Shown here: piece after piece, positions 1 to 9,403 of the stretch
Layout of the letters: each line of letters opens with the position of its first letter
How positions within the stretch are numbered: the first letter of the stretch is position 1
From: a virus
Lineage: Duplodnaviria; Caudoviricetes
Virus record (IMG/VR): IMGVR_UViG_3300032219_001106
Span: 1-24,613 of that record
Direction: 5' to 3' (one strand)
Length of the DNA stretch: 24,613 nt
Program-made: the position numbers and the translations under genes
The notes under the pieces: generated by a model
Seen by the model: only the letters and a program-made list of their open reading frames with translations
What the model was told of the DNA's origin: nothing
Database searches by the model: none

Positions 1-1
1 C

Positions 2-691
2 ATCAACTTGCAACATGTAGTTCCAAGCAGCAACGGTTTTAGCTGCTGCTGCACCACCCGAAACAGTTACAATGGTGTTACTATCTGCAATATCTGTTCC
101 GTTTTTACGGAACCATATATCAATAGTGTCTGTACCAGATCCAGAAACTCTATCAGCCTGTGCAGAAAACTCAATGTTATATACGCCAGGATAACTGAAT
201 GTAATTCTTGAATTGGAAACAATACTTACACCATTAGAATTTGGATCTGTATTATTGTAAGTAATTGCATAAGCAAGTGTTGTACCTGCTGCTGCTTGGT
301 CTTGAGTTGACCAGAAACTACCCCAGTATCCTAAAGCTCCACCTGCTCCAGTGGCTCCCGCAGCACCAGTAGCACCTGTTACACCTTGAGAACCAGTAGC
401 ACCTGTAGATCCGGTAGCACCAGTTGCTCCGGTGGCTCCGGTGGCTCCTGTTATACCAGTACCACCACCAGTTGAACCAATTGTAATTATATTACCCGAT
501 GGAGTTAGAGTAATATTTGATCCAGCCGCTAAAGTAACACCACCACTTAAACCATTTAGTTTACTGACATAACTTCCCGATATACCAGCCACTTCTGTCT
601 TATCCCATGCATAACCATTCCATACCCATGTTATATTATTGAATGTGTACGGATCGCCTGGATCTGGATTACTAGGAAAGTTTATTATCAT
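2..691 (-). CDS. Collagen-like (Gly-X-Thr) fibre protein with a probable C1q/BclA-CTD-like beta domain; runs off the left edge (partial; absent from the ORF track)
   Basis: Manual translation from ATG at 691: [31 protein letters not shown]...[57 protein letters not shown]...[16 protein letters not shown]...IDIWFRKNG. The frame is open to the window edge. AGGA and ATAAATA lie upstream. Confidence 0.85.
   Translation of the reverse strand, partial: MIINFPSNPDPGDPYTFNNITWVWNGYAWDKTEVAGISGSYVSKLNGLSGGVTLAAGSNITLTPSGNIITIGSTGGGTGITGATGATGATGATGSTGATGSQGVTGATGAAGATGAGGALGYWGSFWSTQDQAAAGTTLAYAITYNNTDPNSNGVSIVSNSRITFSYPGVYNIEFSAQADRVSGSGTDTIDIWFRKNGTDIADSNTIVTVSGGAAAAKTVAAWNYMLQVD
332..466 (-). repeat. 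15 Gly-X-Y triplets, 11 with Thr at Y (GAT-type collagen)
   Basis: Counted from the translation; degenerate 9-bp periodicity such as gctccggtg. Confidence 0.9.
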
Positions 692-700
692 TGGTATTCC

Positions 701-707
701 TATTTAT
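701..707 (-). promoter_or_regulatory. T4-type late promoter-like box (ATAAATA)
   Basis: Minus strand reads TGATAAATAGGAATACCAATG, immediately upstream of the ATG at 691. Confidence 0.5.
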
Positions 708-2371
708 CAAAGTTCTACCCATATAACATTACCGTTATTAGTAATGGCTGTGTAAAGTATACCTTCATCTGATCTAAACCAACGATCTCCCGGTGTCGGA
801 GAAGTTGGGCCAGTTAATCCTTCTGTAAAACTACTTGGTGCAGTTCCCTGAGTTGTACCATCAGTGAATTGTAAAAAAGAGTTATTAGTTAGATTAATCG
901 AAGTATCAGCAGAAATAGTTGTAGCAGCAACAGATTTTACCCAAGATAAAGTATAAACTCCATTGCTGCTTGATGTCAGGCTAAGAAAACTATTTAAAGT
1001 AGTAGTTCCTTGAGGAAACACATAAAGTCTTCCGCTTGTGTCTGTTATGTTAGATGGAGCCAAAAATCCAATAAAATTATTACCATTATCAGAATTTTCA
1101 TATAACTTTATACCTGCTCTATTTTTAAATTCCAAATACGATGTTGTACAATTACTTCCGCATATAGCACTATCTTGCCAAGTTAGTTTAGAAGAAGCAC
1201 CAAAAGAACCATTATCATTAAATTGAATTTCGGTATTACTACCACCGGGAACCCCATCTCCTCCGCTTACACCAGAAATCTGAACTTCTACATTCTTACC
1301 CTTACGAACTACATTGACACCAGCACCAGTAAAATTAATATCACTTACTGATTTGATAATTTGTGCTTTGTTGAATTGGATTCCAACAGCACCACCACCA
1401 AGAGAAGTAAGATCAAATGTTCCCTTTGTTCCCGAAAGAGAAGTGATTAACTTCTCAATCTTAGTAGAATCAAAACTTAGAGAACGCGCTTTTGCGTCAT
1501 ATACAAGGGGATATGTTGCAGAGACAATACCAGCGGGTCCTGGTTCTCCTTGATCACCCTTCTCTCCTTGCTTTCCGGGTTTTCCGAGAGTTCCATCTTT
1601 ACCGTCTTTTCCATCTTTACCATTCTTACCATCTTTGCCAGCAAGCCCACTTTCACCTTTATCTCCTTTTTCACCTTTTGCTCCGGTCGCGCCAGTGGAG
1701 CCGGGTTCGCCTTTAGGTCCCGATTCTCCACGATCACCCTTTGGTCCTTGCGAACCAGGCTTTCCATCCTTACCTTGCTTACCAGAAGAACCGGGTTTAC
1801 CTTGTAGTCCTTGAGGACCAACATCACCTCTTTCTCCTTGCTCGCCCTTCTCTCCGCGTTCTCCCTGACGACCTTGAATTCCGGGGATACCTTGTTCACC
1901 AGTATCACCCTTCTCTCCTTGATCCCCCTTATCTCCGTTTGCTCCACGATCACCAACAGAACCCTGAAATCCACGAGGACCTTGTTCGCCCTTTGGACCT
2001 CTTTCACCGGGGGTTCCTTCTTCTACAATTCTCTGTTGAATTGTTTTATTCACGATAACAACCTTTGGTTCTTCTTCAAGAACTACAGGTTCAACATATG
2101 GATTAAAAGATTCTTGAATTAGTTTAGTCGATCCCTGTAGTGTTAGTATCCCTTTTGGTGTGTTTATATTAACTACAGATAGACCAAAACCAACTTGCTG
2201 TATATCTCCAACCTCTTCTGTTATTGTAACAACTGTTCCGGCATCCAAACCAAACTGATTATTGCAAAGAACAAACTTATCGCCAGCAATTGGTTTGCTA
2301 ACAATAATCTTGGAAGAACCCTTTATTTCTTCCTTGAGTTCATTCTTGTTATAATCAAAAAAACTTTTCAT
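707..2371 (-). CDS. Collagen triple-helix repeat protein, probable virion fibre or decoration protein
   Basis: 55 uninterrupted GXY triplets, the fibre-like segment PGGSNTEIQFNDNGSFG, and a C-terminal P-x-x-P-x-x-GD-x-W...G-x-x-Y...WV module. Confidence 0.85.
   Translation of the reverse strand: MKSFFDYNKNELKEEIKGSSKIIVSKPIAGDKFVLCNNQFGLDAGTVVTITEEVGDIQQVGFGLSVVNINTPKGILTLQGSTKLIQESFNPYVEPVVLEEEPKVVIVNKTIQQRIVEEGTPGERGPKGEQGPRGFQGSVGDRGANGDKGDQGEKGDTGEQGIPGIQGRQGERGEKGEQGERGDVGPQGLQGKPGSSGKQGKDGKPGSQGPKGDRGESGPKGEPGSTGATGAKGEKGDKGESGLAGKDGKNGKDGKDGKDGTLGKPGKQGEKGDQGEPGPAGIVSATYPLVYDAKARSLSFDSTKIEKLITSLSGTKGTFDLTSLGGGAVGIQFNKAQIIKSVSDINFTGAGVNVVRKGKNVEVQISGVSGGDGVPGGSNTEIQFNDNGSFGASSKLTWQDSAICGSNCTTSYLEFKNRAGIKLYENSDNGNNFIGFLAPSNITDTSGRLYVFPQGTTTLNSFLSLTSSSNGVYTLSWVKSVAATTISADTSINLTNNSFLQFTDGTTQGTAPSSFTEGLTGPTSPTPGDRWFRSDEGILYTAITNNGNVIWVEL
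1523..2017 (-). repeat. 55 Gly-X-Y triplets, rich in charged residues (GEK, GDK, GKD, GER)
   Basis: Counted from GTP to GIV in the translation. Confidence 0.95.
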
Positions 2372-2493
2372 TATGGGTGAAGAATTTTCTTCCTAGATTT
2401 ATTCTGTATAATAAGTGATAGAACTTTCTTACCAGAAGAGTAAACCTGCTTACTGGTTACTATCTTATACTTTTCTGTTAGTTCTATCTTCAT
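2371..2493 (-). CDS. Small basic hypothetical protein, 40 aa (MKIELTEKYKIVTSKQVYSSGKKVLSLIIQNKSRKKILHP); absent from the ORF track
   Basis: Fills the gap exactly, with an ATGA overlap to the upstream stop and a TAATG overlap to the downstream start. Confidence 0.7.
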   Translation of the reverse strand: MKIELTEKYKIVTSKQVYSSGKKVLSLIIQNKSRKKILHP

Positions 2494-2894
2494 CGGGTTA
2501 CTCTCGGGGAAGAATCAAATCGTCCTTCAAGCATTCTAACAATACCGCCACCAGTTGTTCCTAGGATTCGGAGATCATAAACAAACTTACCGATTGGCAT
2601 ATTAGCCATACCAGTTCCAGTTCCTGTTAGGAAGATACCACCAGTAAAACCAGTTACTCCGTTAACGGAACAGTTTAGGGTTATACCACCATAACCACCA
2701 GTATTACCTATAGTAGCACCACGGGGATTTGAGGTGAAGAAAGCAAGAACACCATCCATTTCATATGAACGGCGAACTTGCATTTCTGCTTTGTAATTGG
2801 TTAGATCAACAGGAGTACCATTTTCATCCAAATAGCGAATGTGGAGGAAAAGATCTGAACCTTGCTCTGCTGGTATATCGTAATTGGCTGACAT
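2490..2894 (-). CDS. Hypothetical phage structural-type protein (beta-rich, possibly BppU/Ig-like)
   Basis: QGSD...PVDLTNYKAEMQVRR...GKFVYDL...RMLEGRF pattern, typical of small virion-associated proteins; GGAG SD and a late box upstream. Confidence 0.6.
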   Translation of the reverse strand: MSANYDIPAEQGSDLFLHIRYLDENGTPVDLTNYKAEMQVRRSYEMDGVLAFFTSNPRGATIGNTGGYGGITLNCSVNGVTGFTGGIFLTGTGTGMANMPIGKFVYDLRILGTTGGGIVRMLEGRFDSSPRVTR

Positions 2895-2921
2895 AGATTA
2901 GCTCCTAACTAATCTATTTAG
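2893..2921 (-). promoter_or_regulatory. Late promoter-like CTAAATA (2915-2921) overlapping a hairpin that covers the SD and AUG of ORF 2490..2894
   Basis: Perfect 9-bp inverted repeat atagattag (2893-2901) / ctaatctat (2909-2917) flanking TTAGGAG. Confidence 0.7.
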
Positions 2922-4127
2922 TTATCGGCTAACTCGTTCTTTTTGCTTGAAGGCTTTAACTTTCTTCTGTTCTTCCTTCTTTTCGATCTTTTTTTCTACT
3001 TTAGTCTCTAATTGCTTCATTTTAATCTCAGTAATTAGTCGCTCATATTCCTTGAAATTATTCTTTACTCTTTCCAGTTCTTTTTCTGGTATGATTTTAC
3101 GATCAATTAGAGCCTTGCAAGCGTTATAACCTTCTTCGATCTTTCCAGCATAGAAAGCAGTGCTTCCAATTTCATCCAAAATACCATAACGATAAACATC
3201 AGTATCGATAAACAGAATGTCATCCTTTGGATATGGAATCTCAGCAGCCATACGGGCAAATGCATAAGATAGTGCTGGTTTACCATTCAGTCGATAGATT
3301 CTAGCAATCTGATAGAATGGTTCTGCTCTTGTTGGGCGAGCGTTATATGCATCAAGGAATGCTTGTTGAATCTCAACCCAAGGCTTATTCTGCAACGCAC
3401 GACACATAGCAATTCGGTAGATTGAGTAATATATTTCTTCCGGCCATCCACCCATCTCTACGCGCTTAACATATGCTTCTTCTGCTTTGTCCCATTGATG
3501 AGAGTCAAAGTAACTCTGTCCAAGATAGAACTGATAACGAACATTGGTTGGTTCATCGATCAGTGCTTTCTCTAGAAGTTCTGCATCCTTCTTATACTTT
3601 TCGATTGGATCGATACCTACATTTCTTGCACCCATAGTTCTGGCGACTACTCTGTATCCGTCATTCAGTCTTTGGATATTTGGAGTCTTTCCTTCGATGC
3701 TTGGATATTCATGAAGTACACCATAGTACTTCCATCCAGAATTGGCTTTAAAGATCTGAGTTCTCCACCAAGAGAAATCGCCGCGGCCCATTAGAACGGC
3801 ATAACCATCTGCGTCTTTGATTTGATCTAATGGAAACTTACCTTCAAGATAATCGTCAGCGTCGATCATGAAGATATAATCGGCTTTACCATCACACAGT
3901 TGAAGGGCTTCTGTTCTGTTGTGCCCGAAACTTACCCACGGACGCTCAATGAGTTCTCCGGGAATACCCTTCTCTGCAAAATAGTTTTTGATTAGTTCTT
4001 GGGTTCCATCTGTAGAACCCGTATCAACGATCACCCAATAATCAATTTGATCATGGATTGTATCAAAGCATTCTTTGATAATGTGCGTTTCGTTTTTTAC
4101 GATCATTGATAAACATAATTTATGCAT
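2922..4127 (-). CDS. GT2 glycosyltransferase with C-terminal TPR-like repeats
   Basis: [28 protein letters not shown] (DXD) and GVLHE motifs; helical repeats [10 protein letters not shown]...AEEAY and [11 protein letters not shown]. Confidence 0.9.
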   Translation of the reverse strand: MHKLCLSMIVKNETHIIKECFDTIHDQIDYWVIVDTGSTDGTQELIKNYFAEKGIPGELIERPWVSFGHNRTEALQLCDGKADYIFMIDADDYLEGKFPLDQIKDADGYAVLMGRGDFSWWRTQIFKANSGWKYYGVLHEYPSIEGKTPNIQRLNDGYRVVARTMGARNVGIDPIEKYKKDAELLEKALIDEPTNVRYQFYLGQSYFDSHQWDKAEEAYVKRVEMGGWPEEIYYSIYRIAMCRALQNKPWVEIQQAFLDAYNARPTRAEPFYQIARIYRLNGKPALSYAFARMAAEIPYPKDDILFIDTDVYRYGILDEIGSTAFYAGKIEEGYNACKALIDRKIIPEKELERVKNNFKEYERLITEIKMKQLETKVEKKIEKKEEQKKVKAFKQKERVSR

Positions 4128-5172
4128 AATTTAAATCTCCACCTTTATTTAGGGCGTGGTGTGAATGTATTATAAATTCTTTCTGTCCAAGTTCAAAGTC
4201 GTGATCGACCATCATCTTAATGAGATCATCAACACTAGTTGTTGGTTCCCATCCAAGTTTTTCTTTGGCTTTTGAATAGTCACCAAGTAGTTGATCTACC
4301 TCTGCTGGTCTGTAGTATCGTTCATCGATATCAACATATTCTCTATAGTCCATTCCTTTTAGAGCAAATGCTTTCTCACAGAATTCTCTTACAGATATCA
4401 TTTTATTAGTGGCAATGACATAATCATCTGGTTGTTCTTGTTGTAGCATCATCCACATTGCTTGAACATAATCACCAGCAAATCCCCAATCACGATATGA
4501 ATCTAGATTGCCAAGATATAGTTTCTTTTGTAATCCTTGATATATTCTTCCAATTGCTCGTGTGATCTTTCGTGTAACAAATGTTTCTCCACGACGAGGA
4601 CTTTCGTGATTGAAAAGAATACCGCAGGAAGCATGAATACCATAACTCTCTCTATAATTTACGGTGAGATAATGTCCATACACCTTTGCACACCCATATG
4701 GAGAACGAGGGTAGAATGGAGTTGTTTCCTTTTGTGGTACTTCCTGTACCTTACCAAACATCTCACTGCTTGATGCTTGGTAGTAACGAATCTTCTTTCC
4801 GACTCGCTGTTCATATTCACGAATGGCTTCTAGAACATGAAGAGTTCCAATACCATCTACTTGTCCGGTATAAACAGGAGCATCAAACGAAACACGAACA
4901 TGGCTCTGTGCGCCTAGATTGTATATCTCGTCTGGATTATGTTTATTGATTACAGTTGAAATTGTATTGTAATCAGTGAGATCACCATAATGTAAAAATA
5001 AAGTCTTATTGTAGATCTCTAGATTCTCAATTAAATGTTCTAACCTTGCAGTATTAAACGAAGAAGAACGGCGAATGATTCCATGAACTGTATAACCTTT
5101 AGAGAGCAACAGTTCTGTTAAATAAGATCCGTCTTGTCCAGAAATACCAGTAATTATAGCAACTTTACTCAT
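4120..5172 (-). CDS. gmd: GDP-mannose 4,6-dehydratase
   Basis: [54 protein letters not shown] and RDWG motifs. Confidence 0.97.
   Translation of the reverse strand: MSKVAIITGISGQDGSYLTELLLSKGYTVHGIIRRSSSFNTARLEHLIENLEIYNKTLFLHYGDLTDYNTISTVINKHNPDEIYNLGAQSHVRVSFDAPVYTGQVDGIGTLHVLEAIREYEQRVGKKIRYYQASSSEMFGKVQEVPQKETTPFYPRSPYGCAKVYGHYLTVNYRESYGIHASCGILFNHESPRRGETFVTRKITRAIGRIYQGLQKKLYLGNLDSYRDWGFAGDYVQAMWMMLQQEQPDDYVIATNKMISVREFCEKAFALKGMDYREYVDIDERYYRPAEVDQLLGDYSKAKEKLGWEPTTSVDDLIKMMVDHDFELGQKEFIIHSHHALNKGGDLNYA
4146..4152 (-). promoter_or_regulatory. Late promoter-like CTAAATA upstream of the GT2-TPR gene
   Basis: Minus strand reads CTAAATAAAGGTGGAGATTTAAATTATG: box, SD, then ATG at 4127. 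It lies within the 3' end of gmd. Confidence 0.5.
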
Positions 5173-5186
5173 AATATACCCCAGTG

Positions 5187-5834
5187 TTAATTATCTGCGG
5201 TTTTAACATAAATTCTATCAGTACTATACGCAGTACTGAATGATGTGGCATAAATGTAACCAAGTTTGTTAATTAATAAATTTTCTATCTCAGTTATGCT
5301 TGTATTATATCTTTCCAACCAACATGCTGCATGTTCAATACAAATAACTGGTCCATATTTTTTTATAGTTTCTATAGCACCATTTAGTGCGTGTAATTCA
5401 TATCCTTCAACATCAAGCATTATAAGATCACATTCAGTTAGATTCAAATCGTCAATTAGTAATGTTGGGATATTTCCACTACCATTAACAAAATAAGCAC
5501 CCGAATCTGTTGGATACATATTATCCATTTTTATCGTTTTATGCTCATCACCAAGACAACATTGAAACTTATATACATTTGGACTGTCTACATTTAATGT
5601 TAGACATAAAAAATTAATAGGATCGGGTTCAAATGTGTATACATGTTTGAATACAGAAGCAAATGGTTTAACTGTTAAACCACAGTTGCCACCAGCCTGT
5701 ACCATTACATTTTTTTTAATACACAAAGGAAGTAAAACAGCATCCATACTTAATGTTTGTTTACTTAAGTTTAAAGTATTTAAACTATTTTTTGGCCAAA
5801 AATATCCATCAACTAATTGTATCAGATTTTTCAT
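5187..5834 (-). CDS. FkbM-family SAM-dependent methyltransferase (probable sugar O-methyltransferase)
   Basis: [20 protein letters not shown] and [14 protein letters not shown] motifs. Confidence 0.88.
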   Translation of the reverse strand: MKNLIQLVDGYFWPKNSLNTLNLSKQTLSMDAVLLPLCIKKNVMVQAGGNCGLTVKPFASVFKHVYTFEPDPINFLCLTLNVDSPNVYKFQCCLGDEHKTIKMDNMYPTDSGAYFVNGSGNIPTLLIDDLNLTECDLIMLDVEGYELHALNGAIETIKKYGPVICIEHAACWLERYNTSITEIENLLINKLGYIYATSFSTAYSTDRIYVKTADN

Positions 5835-5865
5835 TTTTATATCTTTTCATTAAAAAAATAAATTT

Positions 5866-6633
5866 CTATGTGTTTAACTTTTCAAAGGTACGCACAAGAC
5901 CGGCATAAAAACCAGACACATTTATTGGCAAATTAGAATTACCACAATAGAAATCAAGTTTGCTTTTATCTTCAATAAGTATTGGTACTTTATGCGATCC
6001 TAGTGTATTTATGAAGTTTGCTATGTTCTGTAAAGTATACTTTTGTTCATATGAACAATTGATTTCTTTATCTAGTTCACTATTGGTTGCATAATGCTCT
6101 ACCAAAGAAATGAGATCTTTCATATAAAAGAAATCCATTATCTTATTTGTATGAATGATCATTGGTTCTTTTTTAATATAACGAATTATATTTGATTTTA
6201 TGAATCGAGTATTCAATTCGTCATGATCAAATACTCCAAATATTTTTAAATTATAAAAGTTCCAGTTCTCAAGAATTTGTTTTGCAATTTCTCTTTTACT
6301 ATTGGCATATGGCGTATTCCCATGAAACATTTCAGCACCAGAACCAAAAGAAATCAATTTAGAAAAACAGTGTTTATTTACAATCAAATTATTGAACATT
6401 GCCATATTTTGTTCAAATACAGAATTGTCATCTTCGTGTAATCTATTTCCACCACTTATGGCTGTGTGAATAACAACATCAAATTGTCGTTCATGAAACC
6501 ACTCGCAAGTATCATTATAGTTCGTCAGATCAAAGTTTTGACGTGTTATTCTAGTTACATTGTATTTACTCGCAAGACTAATAAACAAATTTCGACCAAT
6601 ATAACCATTACCACCTGTAATTAATAAGTTCAT
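5866..6633 (-). CDS. NAD(P)-dependent epimerase/reductase (extended SDR)
   Basis: TGGNGYIG, SFGSGAE, YANSK (YxxxK) and MDFFY motifs. Confidence 0.85.
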   Translation of the reverse strand: MNLLITGGNGYIGRNLFISLASKYNVTRITRQNFDLTNYNDTCEWFHERQFDVVIHTAISGGNRLHEDDNSVFEQNMAMFNNLIVNKHCFSKLISFGSGAEMFHGNTPYANSKREIAKQILENWNFYNLKIFGVFDHDELNTRFIKSNIIRYIKKEPMIIHTNKIMDFFYMKDLISLVEHYATNSELDKEINCSYEQKYTLQNIANFINTLGSHKVPILIEDKSKLDFYCGNSNLPINVSGFYAGLVRTFEKLNT

Positions 6634-7538
6634 TTGTTTAAATTCTTAGTTGAATTGATGGTATCAATGATACCTTTTTGCAAATCCATAACAGAATTCC
6701 AACCAGTTTCGTGTTTAAGTTTATGATTAGATCCACAAATGTATTTGGAAGAATAATTTCTGTATAGAGATTTATCATAGAATATTTCACCCATTCCTAT
6801 TTCCTTTTGGATGAGTGCTATTATATCAAGAAGTTGGTATTCATTACCAGAACAAATATTGAATACTCCAATTTTTTGAGTTTCGATAAGTGCTGTAATT
6901 GCTGTGCAAAAGTCATACACATGGAGATAATCAATAGTTGTTTCACAACTGTTCAAAACTAAAGGTTGTTTGTTAATTAAATGATGAATTACTTTTGGTA
7001 TTAGTCGTGTCGGAACATCATTTGGTCCATAAATGTAGCAAGGTCGTATCCAAGCCCAATTCATATCATTCTGTTCGCAAAACATTTTTGACATCTCTTT
7101 GACTATTGTTTTTGCTAACCCATAATAGTTTACGGGTGTTTCTTTTTGAGATTCTTCTGCTTTTGTTTGAATTATTCCATATTCAGAAAATGATCCAAAT
7201 CCCATAAACATCGATGGTTGCTTCATCTTCTTCATAGTTTCCAGCAACAAGATGCTTCTGTCTATGTTTAGTCTAAACTGATCTAAAGAATTTAAATCGC
7301 TATAGTTGTTCCCGCCATTCCATGCACAATCAATCACTATGTTTGGACAGATCTTTAATAGTTGCTCATGATGAGTTACACATACATTTGATGTTTCAAA
7401 AAAAGTAACTTGATTCAAGATGTCTTTTATTCTGAAGGAATTTCTGGAAGCAACACAAATATCATGTCCTTGCATTAGTAAATGCCTAGACAAACTTGAA
7501 CCCAAAAACCCATTTCCTCCTGTTATCAGTATTCGCAT
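6630..7538 (-). CDS. NAD(P)-dependent NDP-sugar ketoreductase/epimerase (extended SDR; RfbJ/YerF-like role inferred)
   Basis: TGGNGFLG, GSFSEYG, YGLAK, RPCYIYGP and DYLHVYD motifs. Confidence 0.85.
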   Translation of the reverse strand: MRILITGGNGFLGSSLSRHLLMQGHDICVASRNSFRIKDILNQVTFFETSNVCVTHHEQLLKICPNIVIDCAWNGGNNYSDLNSLDQFRLNIDRSILLLETMKKMKQPSMFMGFGSFSEYGIIQTKAEESQKETPVNYYGLAKTIVKEMSKMFCEQNDMNWAWIRPCYIYGPNDVPTRLIPKVIHHLINKQPLVLNSCETTIDYLHVYDFCTAITALIETQKIGVFNICSGNEYQLLDIIALIQKEIGMGEIFYDKSLYRNYSSKYICGSNHKLKHETGWNSVMDLQKGIIDTINSTKNLNK

Positions 7539-7539
7539 T

Positions 7540-8538
7540 TTATAGTTTATTCTTTATAGATTGTGCTATCTCTAAAATTAGATCTTCTTGTCCTGCTACT
7601 AATTTTCTATTGCCTAATTCAAATATCAACGATGAATACTCAATACCATGTAATTGTGATGCAGCAACAATTGGTTTTTCAAATCCGCTAAACAATCTCT
7701 TTAATCCTGTTAAAACATTTATAGGAGCAGAAACAGGCTGAGATGGAACAAGATATGACATTACTTTATCTGCTTCTTTAATTGTCTCCTTAAAGTCTAT
7801 TCCAACTTTAAATCCACTTTGTTCCAGAACAGGTATCATTATTTCAAGTGGAGCATTTCCTGCGCCAGCACCAAAACCACGAATACAGACATCAATAAAT
7901 TCTGCTCCACATTCTGCTGCTGTTAGACTATTTGCTACAGCACATCCTAAATTATTATGAGCATGAAAACCAATTGATATCCGAAGGGCATTCTTTAATT
8001 TTGTAATTCTTTCTTCTACATCGCCGGGTAAATATGAACCAGTAGAATCCATTATGATTACGCCATTTGCACCATAACTTTCCATAATTTTTGCTTGTTC
8101 AACTAGTTCATCAGCAGCGATTAGCGCACTCATCATCAATACTCCATATACAGCATTTCCAGATTTAGATAAATGTTCTATATGAGGTTTTGATAAAGTT
8201 GCCTCTGTGCAGTGTGTTGCTACTCTAACAATATCAACACCACAATCTAATGCATGTTTAATATCATCTAGAGTAGACAGACCAGGAATACTATGAATAC
8301 CGAGTTTTGATCTTTTAAGAGATTTTCTAGCAGTAGTTAACATTTCTGTATCACTGTTTACAGCCTTACCAATCAATAAAGATGAAGCAGAAAGACCATT
8401 CCCATGGCCAACTTCTACTATTGGTATTCCTGCTCTATCTGCAAATTCACAGTACCGTTGGATACTGTCAAGACTGACTGTATGCTTTACACTATGATTT
8501 CCATCGCGCAAACTAGAATCAGTTAATATGATTTTCAT
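7540..8538 (-). CDS. dmpG: 4-hydroxy-2-oxovalerate aldolase (DmpG/MhpE family)
   Basis: DSSLRDGNH, EVGHGNGL, RVATHCTEA, HAHNNLG, GAGAGN and C-terminal VAGQEDLI motifs; adjacent to a DmpF homolog. Confidence 0.92.
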   Translation of the reverse strand: MKIILTDSSLRDGNHSVKHTVSLDSIQRYCEFADRAGIPIVEVGHGNGLSASSLLIGKAVNSDTEMLTTARKSLKRSKLGIHSIPGLSTLDDIKHALDCGVDIVRVATHCTEATLSKPHIEHLSKSGNAVYGVLMMSALIAADELVEQAKIMESYGANGVIIMDSTGSYLPGDVEERITKLKNALRISIGFHAHNNLGCAVANSLTAAECGAEFIDVCIRGFGAGAGNAPLEIMIPVLEQSGFKVGIDFKETIKEADKVMSYLVPSQPVSAPINVLTGLKRLFSGFEKPIVAASQLHGIEYSSLIFELGNRKLVAGQEDLILEIAQSIKNKL

Positions 8539-9403
8539 TCATGTTTCTCCATAATGTTTCTGCTTCTTTAATTGCAGCACAATTAATAATATCAAGGTTT
8601 CCTGCATATTCTGGCAAATAATCACCAGAACCCCGTACTCGAACGCTCAACATCAACACATCATTTTCTTTAATTGTGGGGGACAAAACTAATTCATAGT
8701 ATGGAATATATGTCTTTAGTTCTTCTATCTTATCCGCAATTTCTTCTATTAAATTATTGTTATTGATATTCTTTGTTTTGATGAACATCGTAGTTTGCAT
8801 ATCCACACATGGTTCTGCTGGATTTAAATTAAGAATAACCTTTGTGTTTTTGCATCCTGTAAATTTAGTTATGGCATTTTTTGTTGTTTTAATATATTCA
8901 TCTATATTAATTCTTGTTGCCATTCCGGCGCTCTTGGATGATATCTGTGAAACTACTTCAATATATTCAAGACCACCACATCGTTTGGAAAGTAAATGTA
9001 GCATTGGTATTGATGTTTGACCACCACAAGTTATCATGTTTATGTTTCTTGTCTTTAGAATTGTATCTCCATTTATGTCAGGAACACACATATCTCCTAC
9101 TTTGGATGGAGTCAAATCAATCACATGTATTTTTTGGTTTTCAAAAACTTCTGCATGTAACTTGGCATCAATAGCATTTGTGCAATCAAATACTACATCA
9201 CATGCATTTTGATTTTGAATAAAATAATCAATACCTCTATCAGAAACAAATATACCTTTTTTCTTTGCAATTTCTATTGTTGGAGAATCCATTCTTCTTC
9301 CAACAAAAGCAACTACTTCTACGAAGTCTTTTTTCAATGACTTCAAAAGCAAATCTGTTCCTATATTTCCTGTTCCAATAATTGCTACTCTAATTTTTTT
9401 CAT
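8519..9403 (-). CDS. dmpF: Acetaldehyde dehydrogenase, acylating (DmpF/MhpF family)
   Basis: GTGNIGTDL, IDLTPS, NMITCGGQ (catalytic Cys), SAGMATRINIDEY and GDYLPEYAGNLDI motifs. Confidence 0.93.
   Translation of the reverse strand: MKKIRVAIIGTGNIGTDLLLKSLKKDFVEVVAFVGRRMDSPTIEIAKKKGIFVSDRGIDYFIQNQNACDVVFDCTNAIDAKLHAEVFENQKIHVIDLTPSKVGDMCVPDINGDTILKTRNINMITCGGQTSIPMLHLLSKRCGGLEYIEVVSQISSKSAGMATRINIDEYIKTTKNAITKFTGCKNTKVILNLNPAEPCVDMQTTMFIKTKNINNNNLIEEIADKIEELKTYIPYYELVLSPTIKENDVLMLSVRVRGSGDYLPEYAGNLDIINCAAIKEAETLWRNMNENHIN

Noticed and set aside
8-211. 67-aa Cys-rich plus-strand ORF
   Set aside because: It is antisense to the more convincing minus-strand fibre ORF 2..691.
332-2017. Short tandem DNA repeats as a possible CRISPR array or VNTR
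   Set aside because: They show degenerate 9-bp periodicity explained by GXY coding, with no repeat-spacer structure.
1038-2380. Several plus-strand ORFs and the alternative-frame minus ORF 1477..2007
   Set aside because: These are shadows of the collagen gene; its repetitive codons suppress stops in other frames.
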